Under the pieces are notes generated by a model. It did not search any database, was not told the origin of the DNA, and was given only the letters and a program-made list of their open reading frames with translations. Positions 9,873 to 19,985 of a DNA stretch of 64,000 nt are shown in pieces. A program made the translations under genes and the position numbers. This DNA is from an uncultured Spirochaetota bacterium (lineage in GTDB: Bacteria > Spirochaetota > Spirochaetia > SZUA-6 > Fen-1364), in assembly GCA_963734545.1 (NCBI GenBank), contig CAVTHO010000003.1, positions 224,001-288,000 on the forward strand, read 5' to 3'. Within the stretch, counting starts at the first letter, position 1; each line of letters begins with the position of its first letter.

Positions 9873-12181
9873 ACCGGGCAGCCCGCCGCGAGGGCTGGCG
9901 CATTACCGAATCGGAGTGTACCGGCGAGCGGATGATCGATCGACTCGGAGCCGCGTTCCTCATGGGAAACGGCTGGCTCGGATACCGCGGGACGCTCGAA
10001 GAGGACACCCGGGGGCGCATGACCGCGACGATCGTCTCGGGTGTGTACGACAAGGCAGGGGACGGCTGGCGCGAGCCTGTCAACCTGCCGAATGGGCTGC
10101 ACGTGCAGACCGTGTATCAGGGAAGGCTGCTCGATGCGCGGACAGGGAAGATCGAGAGCCACCGGCAGACACTCGATCTCTTTCATGCTGCCCACGAGAG
10201 GCGCACCGCCTTCAGGACGGAGGACGGCAATACCATCACGGTGAGCGCCTTGAGGTTCGCGAGTCTCGCTTCCCTGCACCTGATCTGCCTGCGCTACACC
10301 GTGGAAGCCGCGCACGACTGCACACTCGTGATCCGGGCCGGCATAGACGGAGACGTGTGGGACGTCAACGGCCCGCACCTCGCGGCGCGCGACGCATCTG
10401 ACGAGGACGGCATCGCCTCGCTTGCCTGCCGCACCGTGGAAGCGGGGCTGCCCGTCGCCGTCTCGCAGTGCGTGTCCGCCCCCTGGGGAAAAGGGCATTT
10501 CAGGAGGGATGACGGCCGCATTGTCCGGGAGATCGAGGCCGCGCTTTCAGCTCAGCCCCGGACGATCGAGGTATACGCGGCCCTGTTCACCGGTCTGGAC
10601 AGCCGGGACGCCCTTGCCGAAAGCAGGGACCTGTGCCGCACCGCCCTGCGCGCAGGGTTCGACTCGCTTTTCGAGGCACATCAGGCCCTCTGGGCGTCGC
10701 GCTGGAAAAGCTGCGACGTGAGGATAGCGGGAGATGCGGAGGCCGAGCGCGCCCTCCGGTTCAACATGTACCACCTCCTTGCCGTGTCGCCCGCGCATAC
10801 CGAGACCGTTTCCATCCCGGCCAGGGGGCTCTCGGGACAGATGTACAAGGGAGCGGTCTTCTGGGACACGGAGATCTTCATGCTTCCCTTTTTCACGCAC
10901 GCGTTTCCGCGGATTGCGAGGAACCTCCTGATGTACCGCCGCCGCACGCTGGACGGCGCCCGCCGCAAGGCGCGCGCCTACGGCTTTCGGGGCGCGTTCT
11001 ATGCCTGGGAGAGCCAGGACACCGGCGACGACGCCTGCACGCTGTTCAACGTGACCGACGTGTTCACCGGCCGACCGATACGTACCTACTTCCGTGACAA
11101 GCAGATTCACATCAGCGCCGACGTGGTGTACGCGGTCTGGCAGTACTTCTCCTCCACGGGAGACTATTCCCTCCTCCTGGACGGCGGGGCGGAGGTCGTC
11201 TTCGAGTGCTGCCGCTTCCTCCTGAGTTATCTCTATTTCAGCAGGGAAAAGGGCAGATTCGAAATCCTGGACGTGACCGGACCCGATGAGTACCACGAGA
11301 GGGTGCACAACAATGCCTACACGAACTGGATGACCGCCCGCGCCTTCGACGCCTGCCTGAAGGTGTCCGACCTGCTGGAGGAGAAGTTCCCCGTGAAGCA
11401 TGGCGCGCTCATGGAGGCGCTTGGCTTCCGCGCGGACCGGGACGCCATCCGGGAGGCGCGCCGCCTCATCTTTCTTCCTGCTCCCGACCCTCGTTCTTCG
11501 GTTGTTCCGCAGTTCGACGGGTACTTCGGCCTGGAGGACGCTTCCGTCGAGGAGGTTCTCGGGCGGAAGCTGCATCCCCACGAGTATCTGGGGGGCGCCA
11601 ACGGGCTTGCTTCATCCACGCAGGTCATCAAGCAGGCGGACGTGGTGCTCGGGCTCTCCCTCTGCGGGGAGGATCTTTCGCGCGAGGTGAAAGCCGCCAA
11701 CTGGGAATACTACGAGCCGCGCACCGAGCACGGATCGAGCCTCAGCGCCTCCGCGTATTCCCTGGCTGCGGCGGAGATCCGCAGGACCGGGGAGGCATAC
11801 CGATACTTCATGAAGGCCGCGACCGCGGACCTGAACGGCGGCACGAAGAACCACGTCGGCACCCTCTACATCGGCGGAACGCACCCGGCCGCGAGCGGGG
11901 GAGCCTGGATGGCCGCCGTCTTTGGTCTTTGCGGGATCCTTGTTTCGGGCCGCACGGTCTCGATCGATCCGCGCATGCCCGACCCCTGGACCCGGGTGAC
12001 CGTGCCGCTTGTGGTCCGCGGCACTGAGCTCCTGGTCACCATTTCCCGCGAACAGGTCCGGGTCCAGTCGCGCTCCCTCTCTGCAAATGAGATCGAGATC
12101 AGGGTCGGCGGACGGGTCTGCCTTCTCCCTGAGAACGGCGCGCTGTCGATGCCGCTTGCGGTCCCGGGGGACCGGGCGTGA
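9869..12181 (+). CDS. GH65 glycoside phosphorylase, module/gene 2 (nigerose/kojibiose-phosphorylase-like)
   Basis: GNGWLGYRG, ARGLSGQMYKGAVFWDTE, catalytic GPDEY, KQAD, HGSSLS, YIGGTHPAASGGAW. Confidence 0.88.
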   Translation: MNRAARREGWRITESECTGERMIDRLGAAFLMGNGWLGYRGTLEEDTRGRMTATIVSGVYDKAGDGWREPVNLPNGLHVQTVYQGRLLDARTGKIESHRQTLDLFHAAHERRTAFRTEDGNTITVSALRFASLASLHLICLRYTVEAAHDCTLVIRAGIDGDVWDVNGPHLAARDASDEDGIASLACRTVEAGLPVAVSQCVSAPWGKGHFRRDDGRIVREIEAALSAQPRTIEVYAALFTGLDSRDALAESRDLCRTALRAGFDSLFEAHQALWASRWKSCDVRIAGDAEAERALRFNMYHLLAVSPAHTETVSIPARGLSGQMYKGAVFWDTEIFMLPFFTHAFPRIARNLLMYRRRTLDGARRKARAYGFRGAFYAWESQDTGDDACTLFNVTDVFTGRPIRTYFRDKQIHISADVVYAVWQYFSSTGDYSLLLDGGAEVVFECCRFLLSYLYFSREKGRFEILDVTGPDEYHERVHNNAYTNWMTARAFDACLKVSDLLEEKFPVKHGALMEALGFRADRDAIREARRLIFLPAPDPRSSVVPQFDGYFGLEDASVEEVLGRKLHPHEYLGGANGLASSTQVIKQADVVLGLSLCGEDLSREVKAANWEYYEPRTEHGSSLSASAYSLAAAEIRRTGEAYRYFMKAATADLNGGTKNHVGTLYIGGTHPAASGGAWMAAVFGLCGILVSGRTVSIDPRMPDPWTRVTVPLVVRGTELLVTISREQVRVQSRSLSANEIEIRVGGRVCLLPENGALSMPLAVPGDRA

Positions 12182-12245
12182 GCAGGAGCGCGGATCGCAT
12201 TGCGGAAGGCGGGGAGCATGCAGACCAGGGCTTGCGCCTTTCGGC

Positions 12246-12953
12246 TCAGTCCGCGGGCCAGGCTTCCCGCATTTCCGTAACGGCCTCGGGAGCCACGACC
12301 GCCACGAAGCGCTGGATGTCCTCCAGGTGAGAATGAACGCGCTCGATCGCGATGCCGGCAGGGGCGTAGACCGTGAAAAGGAGGTCGTGCGTATCAGGGC
12401 TGATCGCCGTGCGGTTGTCCGGGCCGTAGATGATGCTCGAGATGATTCCCCCGGCCTCCGCGATCATCATGTCTCCCTCCTTGGCGACACGCTCCTCTCC
12501 GCCCATGCTGACGTAGCTTTCAGCGCCGGTTGCCGCGGCGATCCGTACGGGAAGGACGACCCGGGCAAGGTCGTGCCCGGCGGTCAGGAGCCCGTTCTTC
12601 AGCTCTGCCATGGTCATGGCCAGCACGAGCGCTCCGTGGGAGGGAATCCTGCGGTCTTTCCAAACCACTGATTCTATCTGGAGCTCGACGTGATAGGTTT
12701 TCCGAAAACCCTTGTAGTAGCTTCGGTAGGCAGCCATGACCGGCTCGGTTCTGAGAGCTTCCCTGCCTCCCGCGAAGAACCTCGCGCGCAGTTCCTGCTC
12801 GACTTTCTCTCTCAGTTCTTCAAGCCTCCCGTGCGTCGGGGGATTGCGCGCGCCCCTCATGACGAGGACTCCGACCGCTGCCCCGGGGAACCGCTTTCTC
12901 CAGCTTTCCGATATTTCGATCACCGGCGCGGTACTCCGCGCATTCTCTTCCAT
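12246..12953 (-). CDS. Stand-alone B3/B4 (PheRS beta editing-like) domain protein
   Basis: AYRSYYKGF, LLTAGHDL, GDMMIAEAGGIISSIIYGPDNRTAI and LFTVYAPAG motifs. Confidence 0.8.
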   Translation of the reverse strand: MEENARSTAPVIEISESWRKRFPGAAVGVLVMRGARNPPTHGRLEELREKVEQELRARFFAGGREALRTEPVMAAYRSYYKGFRKTYHVELQIESVVWKDRRIPSHGALVLAMTMAELKNGLLTAGHDLARVVLPVRIAAATGAESYVSMGGEERVAKEGDMMIAEAGGIISSIIYGPDNRTAISPDTHDLLFTVYAPAGIAIERVHSHLEDIQRFVAVVAPEAVTEMREAWPAD

Positions 12954-13903
12954 TTTTCTCCTCCTCCTGCGGCACGCGTTTCCCCCCTATCAGCATACCG
13001 GCAATCACGGCCGCGCAGCCCGCGAGGTGCGCAAGCCTCAGGGGCTCGCCCAGCACAAGGGCGGAGAGCGCGAGCGCGCTGACCGGGCAGCGCAGCGGTG
13101 GCGATCCCTGTCCTGCTCGCGGGGATGCGAAGCGCTCCGTCGCCCCAGAGTATATAAGCAATGACCGTGGCGAAGGCGCCGTAATAGATCACGGACAGCC
13201 AGCCCACGATCTCGATCCTCCCGATGTCGAAATGTTTCAGGTCGACGAGCGCAAGGGGAAGCATCATCACCGCGCTCATCGCCACCAGAATGGTCGTATT
13301 GGTCACCGAGCTGATGCGGCCTCCCGATGTCTTGCGAAAGATCGTCAGGAGGGCCTCGCACACCGTGGCGGCAAGGACGAGCAGGTTGCCCGCGACGTGA
13401 CCCGGCTCCGCCCCGCGCGCGGGCCCGAAGAGATTGATGAGGAGGAGCCCCGCCACCGCCAGGAAAACCCCGAAACTTCCCGCCCTGCCGATGCGCTCAC
13501 CGAGGATGACCCTGGCAAGCACCGCCATTACGGCGGGCGCGGCGCTCGTGATGACGCCCGCATTCAGCGCCGAGGTGAGTCGCAGACCTGAGAGGGTGAA
13601 AGCCCTGAAGAGAACGATGCCGAACAGGGCCTGGAGGAACATGAGAAAGAGCTCGCGGGCACCCAGGAGACGGATTTCCCGGCGCCGGGCGATCTGCGCC
13701 GGGAGGATTGCCGCGAGAGCCGCGCAGAGGCTCAGCTCCACGGAGAGAAACACGGGAATGCGGACGGAAAGGAGCTTCCCGACCACGACGCTGCTGCCGG
13801 CCAAAGCCATGGCGAGCACGACTTCCACCATGCCGCGTGCCTCGCCGCGGGAGTCCACCCGTGTCTCTGCCTGTGTCTCTGCCCGTGATCCATCCGCGCT
13901 CAT
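12920..13903 (-). CDS. EamA/DMT-family transporter (frameshift near 13085)
   Basis: Ten-TM pattern with two EamA repeats; the C-terminal VSALALSALVLGEPLRLAHLAG continues in another frame, so the true end is uncertain. Confidence 0.82.
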   Translation of the reverse strand: MSADGSRAETQAETRVDSRGEARGMVEVVLAMALAGSSVVVGKLLSVRIPVFLSVELSLCAALAAILPAQIARRREIRLLGARELFLMFLQALFGIVLFRAFTLSGLRLTSALNAGVITSAAPAVMAVLARVILGERIGRAGSFGVFLAVAGLLLINLFGPARGAEPGHVAGNLLVLAATVCEALLTIFRKTSGGRISSVTNTTILVAMSAVMMLPLALVDLKHFDIGRIEIVGWLSVIYYGAFATVIAYILWGDGALRIPASRTGIATAALPGQRARALRPCAGRAPEACAPRGLRGRDCRYADRGETRAAGGGEKWKRMRGVPRR

Positions 13904-13920
13904 GCCACGAATGTAGGGGC

Positions 13921-13951
13921 TGAAAGGTGGTTTACAAAAGAGCCACTTTCA
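13921..13951. promoter_or_regulatory. Probable MocR/PdxR-type operator
   Basis: Imperfect inverted repeat TGAAAGGTGG...CCACTTTCA in the short AT-richer spacer between the divergent EamA and MocR genes. Confidence 0.5.
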
Positions 13952-13984
13952 TGGATATTTTATGGTACCACTCTGGAGGAAGCC

Positions 13985-15397
13985 ATGTCCTTCATCACCG
14001 TCGACCGGGGGCTGCCGGCGCCTCTCACGCGCCAGATCTACGAGCGCCTGCGCGGCCTCGTCCTTTCCGGCGACCTCTCCACGGGGACCCGCATGATCTC
14101 CACGCGGCGACTTGCCGGAGAGCTGCGCGTGTCGCGCCACATCGTCCTGGACGCATTCGACCAGCTCCTGGCTGAAGGCTACATCGAGACGCGCGTCGGC
14201 GCAGGGACCTTCGTGGCATCGGGAGCGGTTTTCAGCCCCCGTGATCTGCCCGGCCTCTCAGCCATCCGCCGCGTGGGCTTCAGACCCTTCCACACGGAGC
14301 TGGTGGACTTTCGCTCGGGCCTGCCGGACCTCACGCGGTTTCCTACGGGGACCTGGCAGCGTCTCAGCCGCGAGGTATGGGGATCACTCACGCCGCTGGA
14401 TCTCGCCTACAGCCAGCCGGAGGGCAGGCCCGAGCTGCGCGCCGAGATCGCCCGCTATATCGCGGCCTATCGGGGCGTGCGCTGCCACCCCGAGCAGATC
14501 CTCGTCACGGGAGGCACCACGCAGGCGGTCGGCATTGTCAGCCGTCTCCTCCTGCGCGGGGCGCGACGCACCTGCGTCCTGGAGGATCCCGTCACCCTGG
14601 ACATCCAGCAGATCACGGCCGGTTTCGGCGGAAAGATCCTGCCGGTGCGCGTGGACGGCCACGGGCTGGATGTGGATGCGCTCCCCCCGCGCGCCCGGCC
14701 CGGCTTCATCTATGTCACCCCCTCGCACCAGTTCCCCCTCGGCGTGACGATGCCCATCCAGAGACGGGCGAGGCTGCTGGAGTACGCGCGGGCGCGCGGT
14801 GCCTTCGTGGTGGAGGACGACTATGACAGCGAGTTCCGCTACGACTCTCCGCCCATCAGCTCGATCCAGGGGCTCGACCCCGCGCGCGTCGTGTACGTCG
14901 GGACCTTCAGCAAGACACTCTGTCCCGCCCTGCGCGTGGGATACATCGTGTTCCCACCCGAGTTGGTCAACCGGGGCAGAGAGGCGAAGTGGTTCACGGA
15001 CCTGCACAACTCCTCCGTGGAGCAGCTCACCCTCGCGCGGTTCATGGCGGGAGGCTATTTCGTGCGCCACGTGCATGCATTGAAAAAGGCCCACCGCGCG
15101 CTGCGCGAGGCACTCGTGGAATCCCTCGAGCGGCATTTCGGCTCCCGGGCGGAGGTCCTGGGAAGCGCGGCGGGGCTGCACCTCTGCGCCCGTTTCCGCG
15201 GCCGGCGTTTCACCGCCCGGCTGCTGGCACGCATCGAGAAGGAGGGCGCGAAGGTCTACCCGGTGGAAGAGCACGCGATCCGCAAGGGGCGGTGGGAGGA
15301 TACCCTCATCCTGGGCTACGGGATGCAGAGCCCTCGTCGTCTGGAGGAAGGGATTCGCGCGCTCGCGCGCGTCATCTCGCGGGCCGCGCCCGGCTAG
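13985..15397 (+). CDS. MocR/GabR-family regulator (GntR wHTH plus PLP aminotransferase-like domain)
   Basis: STRRLAGELRVSR HTH; YVTPSHQFPLG, EDDYDSEFRY, GTFSKTLCPALRVGY. Confidence 0.95.
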   Translation: MSFITVDRGLPAPLTRQIYERLRGLVLSGDLSTGTRMISTRRLAGELRVSRHIVLDAFDQLLAEGYIETRVGAGTFVASGAVFSPRDLPGLSAIRRVGFRPFHTELVDFRSGLPDLTRFPTGTWQRLSREVWGSLTPLDLAYSQPEGRPELRAEIARYIAAYRGVRCHPEQILVTGGTTQAVGIVSRLLLRGARRTCVLEDPVTLDIQQITAGFGGKILPVRVDGHGLDVDALPPRARPGFIYVTPSHQFPLGVTMPIQRRARLLEYARARGAFVVEDDYDSEFRYDSPPISSIQGLDPARVVYVGTFSKTLCPALRVGYIVFPPELVNRGREAKWFTDLHNSSVEQLTLARFMAGGYFVRHVHALKKAHRALREALVESLERHFGSRAEVLGSAAGLHLCARFRGRRFTARLLARIEKEGAKVYPVEEHAIRKGRWEDTLILGYGMQSPRRLEEGIRALARVISRAAPG

Positions 15398-15486
15398 ACG
15401 GACAGCTCTTTCAGCTCCCGGGCCTTGTCGGCGAGCTTCCGCGGAGACGCCGTCCAGGAACACCTTTTTTCAGTAAATTCGGGCAC

Positions 15487-18162
15487 ATGACCGCAACCCA
15501 TGCTCACTCCCGGCAGATCCCTTCAAGAGTTGCCCTGGCCGTGTCGCTCTTCCTCCTGACCCTCGGCCCCGGAGCCAGCGCCCGCGTGGACGCCCAGGTC
15601 CGCCCCGTGTCCAGCACGGGCGCGGCCGGCGTGCTGCAGCGGATCATGAAGCTGCAGACAACCGCGAGCGTCCTCGAGGTCGGCGCCCACCCCGACGACG
15701 AGGATTCGGCCTTCATGGCGCGCGCGGCGCTGGGCGACCATGCGCGCGCCGCCTATCTTTCCCTCACCCGCGGCGAGGGCGGGCAGAACGCGATAGGTCC
15801 CGAGCTCTTCGATGCGCTCGGAGTCATTCGGACCGAGGAGCTGCTCCAGGCACGCACGCTCGACGGCGGAGAACAGTTCTTCGCTCGTGCGTACGACTAC
15901 GGGTTCTCCAAGACGCGGGAAGAGGCATCGCGGCTGTGGGGGGACCGCGAGGTGCTCCGCGACATGGTCCGCGTCATTCGCCTGTTCCGCCCGCTGGTCA
16001 TCTATTCGATCTTCAGCGGAACCCCGGCGGACGGCCATGGGCACCATCAGCTTTCCGGCAGTCTGACACCGGTGGCATTTCACGCGGCGGCGGACCCCGC
16101 TCAATTTCCCGAGCAGGTTGCCGAGGGCCTGCGGCCCTGGCAGGCGAGAAAGCTGTACAGGAGCACCGGGTTCAGCGCTTTCGGCTTCGGCCCCGGGACA
16201 ACGGCGCGCATCGAGGTCGGCCAGGTCGACCCATTGCTGGGCCGCAGCTACGCCGAGATTGCCGCCGAGGGCCGCAGTCAGCACAAGACGCAGGCGATGG
16301 GCACGCCGGAGATGCGCGGGCCCCTCGAATCCGGTCTGGGCCTGATCGAGGCTACTGTGCAACCCCCCGCCGGTGAAACGAGCGTTTTCGATGGCATCGA
16401 TACCTCGCTCACCGGCCTGGCAGCGCTTGCCGGCCTGCCTCCGGGCGCGCTGCAGGGCGAGCTTGCTGCTCTGGACCGGGCTGTCCGCAAGTCGTTGTCC
16501 GATTACCGCCCGCTGGAGCCGGGCAGGGCAGTCCCGGCCCTTGCAGACGCCCTGGCAGCCATTCGCACCGCGCGCGTGTCGGTGAAGGCGCTTGCCGGTG
16601 CCTCCGAAGATTCCCGGGAAGAAGCGGACTTCCTGCTGGCCGCAAAAGAGCGCGACGCGGCATCGGCCCTGCAAGGGGCAGCGGGCGTCGTGATCGACGC
16701 CGTCTCCGACGTGGAGACTGCCGCGCCGGGAGAATCGTTTGGATGCACGGTGCGCGTTTTTCTTGCCCGGCCCACGGCAGCAGCCATCACTTCGGTGACC
16801 GTGCGGGCGCCGGACGGCTGGCGCGTGGCGCCTGTGCCGGGGCCCGTTGTCGGGTCTCTCCCCGAGATTGCCGATCGCGCGGAAACTTTTGCGCTCGCGG
16901 TCGCGCCCGATGCACCACCGACGCAGCCGTACTGGTTGCGCGCCGCCCGGGAAGGACAGCTCAATTCGTGGCCATCGGACGCGCCCCGGGGGTCGGCCTT
17001 CGAAGGCCCGCTTGCCACGGCGGTGGTGGGGCTGGAGATAAGCGGGGTGCCTGTCGCGCTCACCCAGCCGGTGCAATATCGACTGATCGACCCGGTGCGG
17101 GGAGAATTGCGCCGCAACGTGGAGATCGTGCCGGCCGTCACCCTTCTGCTGGATTCCCCGCTCGAGATCGTGCCGCTCGAAATGCGCGGAAAATCCAGGC
17201 GGGTGTCCGTGGTGCTGCAGGACAACTCGCAGGCTGCCGTGACGGGAGTCCTGAAGCTCGACCTGCCGAAGGGGTGGAAAGTCTCCCCTGCCGAATCGCC
17301 GTTCAGCCTGCAGCGGAAAGGGGAGCGCGTCACGCGTGTCTGCAATGTGACGCCGCCCCGTGATGCCGCTCCCGGGCGCTACCCGCTCACGGCCGTGGCC
17401 GTCTCCGGTGACCGGATCTTCGATCTCTCCCTGCGCGTTGTTTCCTATCCCCACATTCAGACGCACCGCATCTACACGCGGGCCAGCGGGCAGATCTGCG
17501 TCCTGGACCTGAAGGTGGCGCCGGTCAAGGTGGGCTACATCATGGGAACCGGTGATCAGGTGCCCGAGGCACTCCGGCGCATGGGCCTCGAGGTCACCCT
17601 GCTCGGAGAGGACTCACTCGCCGCAGGCGACCTCAATCGGTTCGACACGATCGTCGTGGGCATCAACGCGTCCGCCGCCCGGCCTGATTTCGCCGCTGCA
17701 CAGGCCCGAATGGACGAATACGTACGAAACGGCGGTACCGTGATCGTTCAGTACCAGCATGATGACTACGTCCGGCGGAACCTTCCGCCTTTCCCGGCGC
17801 AGATGGCCTCCCGCGTGACCGACGAAACGGCGGAGGTGAAGATACTCGTGCCTGATCACCCCGTGTTCATGAGGCCCAACCGCATCACCGCGGGGGATTT
17901 TTCCGGCTGGGTCCAGGAGCGCAACCTCTACGCGTTCCGCACATTCGACCCCCGCTACACGGCGCTGCTGGAATCCCACGATCCGGGTGAACCTCCGCAG
18001 CCTGGCGGTGAGGTCTACGCACGGCTGGGCAAAGGGCAATATGTCTACACGGCGTATGCCTGGTTCCGACAGCTGCCGGCCGGCGTCCCCGGTGCATACA
18101 GGTTGTTCGCGAATCTCGTGAGCCTGGGTGCGACGAAGCAGCGGGAACCCGGGTCGCGCTGA
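15487..18162 (+). CDS. Exported PIG-L/LmbE-family deacetylase with NEW3-like and C-terminal GATase-like domains
   Basis: Signal peptide; AHPDDED, TRGEGGQN, DYGFSK, HGHH, SQHKTQ; C-terminal GWVQERNLY and RQLPAGVPGAYRLFANL. Confidence 0.88.
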   Translation: MTATHAHSRQIPSRVALAVSLFLLTLGPGASARVDAQVRPVSSTGAAGVLQRIMKLQTTASVLEVGAHPDDEDSAFMARAALGDHARAAYLSLTRGEGGQNAIGPELFDALGVIRTEELLQARTLDGGEQFFARAYDYGFSKTREEASRLWGDREVLRDMVRVIRLFRPLVIYSIFSGTPADGHGHHQLSGSLTPVAFHAAADPAQFPEQVAEGLRPWQARKLYRSTGFSAFGFGPGTTARIEVGQVDPLLGRSYAEIAAEGRSQHKTQAMGTPEMRGPLESGLGLIEATVQPPAGETSVFDGIDTSLTGLAALAGLPPGALQGELAALDRAVRKSLSDYRPLEPGRAVPALADALAAIRTARVSVKALAGASEDSREEADFLLAAKERDAASALQGAAGVVIDAVSDVETAAPGESFGCTVRVFLARPTAAAITSVTVRAPDGWRVAPVPGPVVGSLPEIADRAETFALAVAPDAPPTQPYWLRAAREGQLNSWPSDAPRGSAFEGPLATAVVGLEISGVPVALTQPVQYRLIDPVRGELRRNVEIVPAVTLLLDSPLEIVPLEMRGKSRRVSVVLQDNSQAAVTGVLKLDLPKGWKVSPAESPFSLQRKGERVTRVCNVTPPRDAAPGRYPLTAVAVSGDRIFDLSLRVVSYPHIQTHRIYTRASGQICVLDLKVAPVKVGYIMGTGDQVPEALRRMGLEVTLLGEDSLAAGDLNRFDTIVVGINASAARPDFAAAQARMDEYVRNGGTVIVQYQHDDYVRRNLPPFPAQMASRVTDETAEVKILVPDHPVFMRPNRITAGDFSGWVQERNLYAFRTFDPRYTALLESHDPGEPPQPGGEVYARLGKGQYVYTAYAWFRQLPAGVPGAYRLFANLVSLGATKQREPGSR

Positions 18163-18242
18163 TGAAAAACGGGCTCAAGGCCGGTCCAGGACCTCGCGCA
18201 CCTTCTGCAGCGAGGCGGGGCAACATCGATGCGCGCCCCGTT

Positions 18243-19376
18243 TCAGGGATCAGGCCGGCTCTGCGATGATTTCGACCTCCGTGACCACGCCCCCCCGGTC
18301 CGTGGATCGGCGAACGGCGTGAACCCGGGCGCCGCGTACCTGCGGAGTGTGCGGGTGTATGTCCAGCCCATTGTCCGCCGCAGGGCAGGCGCATGCTCGG
18401 CCCCGGTTGCCGCTGCGTCCATGAGGAAGAACAGCAAAAGGTAGATGCCTCCATAGAGAATCACCGCCCCGCAGCAGGCCAGGGCCGCCGAGAGACCGGC
18501 GGCAAAGCTCCCGGTCCCGGACAGAAGCGCGTTGAGCAGCCCCGCGAGGGGCGTGAACGAGGCGACTGCAGCAGGGAGGGGCGCCACCGTGGCCAGGAGA
18601 AGCATGAGCAGGCGCGGGATCGATATCTGGATTGCGCGTACGGGACACGTGTTGAAGCAGCCGAGGCAGCACATGCAGTGCACGCCCCAGCGCGGACGAC
18701 CGCGCGCCAGGCGGATGGACGAACCGGGGCATGCTTTGACGCACAATCCGCATGAGGTGCAACTGCCGTCGGCGATGTACAGCTTGCCGCACTGCCAGGA
18801 CGCCAATCCGTTGAAGAAGATGCGGCCGACGAGGGTGAGGAGGCGCGCGCCGATGGGGAGGCGCCGTGGCGGAGAAGCGGCCGGCGCCTCGAGGCTCCGC
18901 GCGATCCTTCGCATGACCGTGTCACCCGCATCGATGACCTCTTTCGAGATCTTTTCGGTCAGGGCGTCTGCAAATATGGTCAGGTTTTCGGGATATCCGA
19001 CTCCTGCGGTGAAAGCTATGCGATAGCCTTTCCGTCTCAGGATGGATGCCGCCTGTTCTGCGGAAGCGGCCCCATAGCCCGAATGAGCTCCTCCCCTCAT
19101 GGAAAGCATGCCGTGATTCTCGATCACGGCCGCCCTGCCCTCGGTCACGCGCGGCAGGCGGCGGAGGCGCGAAAGAAGCGTGCGGGGCGGAGCAAAGGCA
19201 TAGACGGGAAAAAGGACCACCAGGACATCCAGGGGGGGAAGGGGATGCGCATCCAGCCTCCGCACGCGCCTGAGGAAGACACGGCCGCCGTGCTGCCTGA
19301 TTTCCGAGGCGAGCACCTCTGCCGCATGCGCCGTGTTCCCCGTCCCCGTAAAATACAGGATAACGTATGTTGACAT
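18243..19376 (-). CDS. EFR1-family ferredoxin (flavodoxin-like plus 2x[4Fe-4S]) with C-terminal membrane helices
   Basis: YFTGTGNT, FPVYAF, CTSCGLCVKACP and CMCCLGCFNTCP motifs. Confidence 0.85.
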   Translation of the reverse strand: MSTYVILYFTGTGNTAHAAEVLASEIRQHGGRVFLRRVRRLDAHPLPPLDVLVVLFPVYAFAPPRTLLSRLRRLPRVTEGRAAVIENHGMLSMRGGAHSGYGAASAEQAASILRRKGYRIAFTAGVGYPENLTIFADALTEKISKEVIDAGDTVMRRIARSLEAPAASPPRRLPIGARLLTLVGRIFFNGLASWQCGKLYIADGSCTSCGLCVKACPGSSIRLARGRPRWGVHCMCCLGCFNTCPVRAIQISIPRLLMLLLATVAPLPAAVASFTPLAGLLNALLSGTGSFAAGLSAALACCGAVILYGGIYLLLFFLMDAAATGAEHAPALRRTMGWTYTRTLRRYAAPGFTPFADPRTGGAWSRRSKSSQSRPDP

Positions 19377-19384
19377 GTGACGTC

Positions 19385-19972
19385 CTAGGGCCCCATGCCG
19401 CGCCAGAATACGCCGAGGCAGTCTCCGACGATCCTGCGGGCATTCACCCCGGGGCAGAAGGCGAGTGTCATCCCCAGGCCCATGACGAGCTGGTAGAAAG
19501 CCATCGAGACACTCTCCGCGTTCTGGCGCTTCAGCTCTCCGCTCCTCATGCAATTCTGAAAGAAGCGGGTGAGACGTTTCACGAACTCCATTTCCACCTC
19601 CATGGTCTTCCGGGCGATCTCCTTCTTCATAAAGGCAGGGGGCATCGTGGAAACCCTGAACCAGAAGCTCATGGCGTCCGTGTTCGTGAAATAGCCCGCG
19701 TATGCAAGGAGGAGGGAAGCGAGACGGTCCTTCAGGGCAGCGGGCGGGCCGGCGGGATCCATGATCCGCGCAAGATGGCGCGTGTACTCGTCCAGAACGG
19801 ATTCGAAGACCTCGCGAAAGATCGCTTCCTTGCCGCGGAAGTGGGCATAGAGTGAAGCCTTCCGAATGCCGACCTGCCGGGCGATGTTCTCCATGCTGGC
19901 CGCATCGAACCCGTCTCGGGAAAAGAGAACGCGTGCCTTCTCGAGGATGCGTGCCCGTGTTGCCTTCGCCAT
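19385..19972 (-). CDS. TetR/AcrR-family regulator
   Basis: TRARILEKARVLFSRDGFDAASMENIARQVGIRKASLYAHFRGKE. Confidence 0.93.
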   Translation of the reverse strand: MAKATRARILEKARVLFSRDGFDAASMENIARQVGIRKASLYAHFRGKEAIFREVFESVLDEYTRHLARIMDPAGPPAALKDRLASLLLAYAGYFTNTDAMSFWFRVSTMPPAFMKKEIARKTMEVEMEFVKRLTRFFQNCMRSGELKRQNAESVSMAFYQLVMGLGMTLAFCPGVNARRIVGDCLGVFWRGMGP

Positions 19973-19985
19973 CGAGATCTTCCTA

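Noticed and set aside
8068-10401. Long alternative-frame and antisense ORFs (this 777-aa ORF, 15523..17466, 46391..48259, 39301..40896 and others)
   Set aside because: Arg/Pro/Gly-rich shadow ORFs expected at high GC; they overlap well-supported genes and have no motifs
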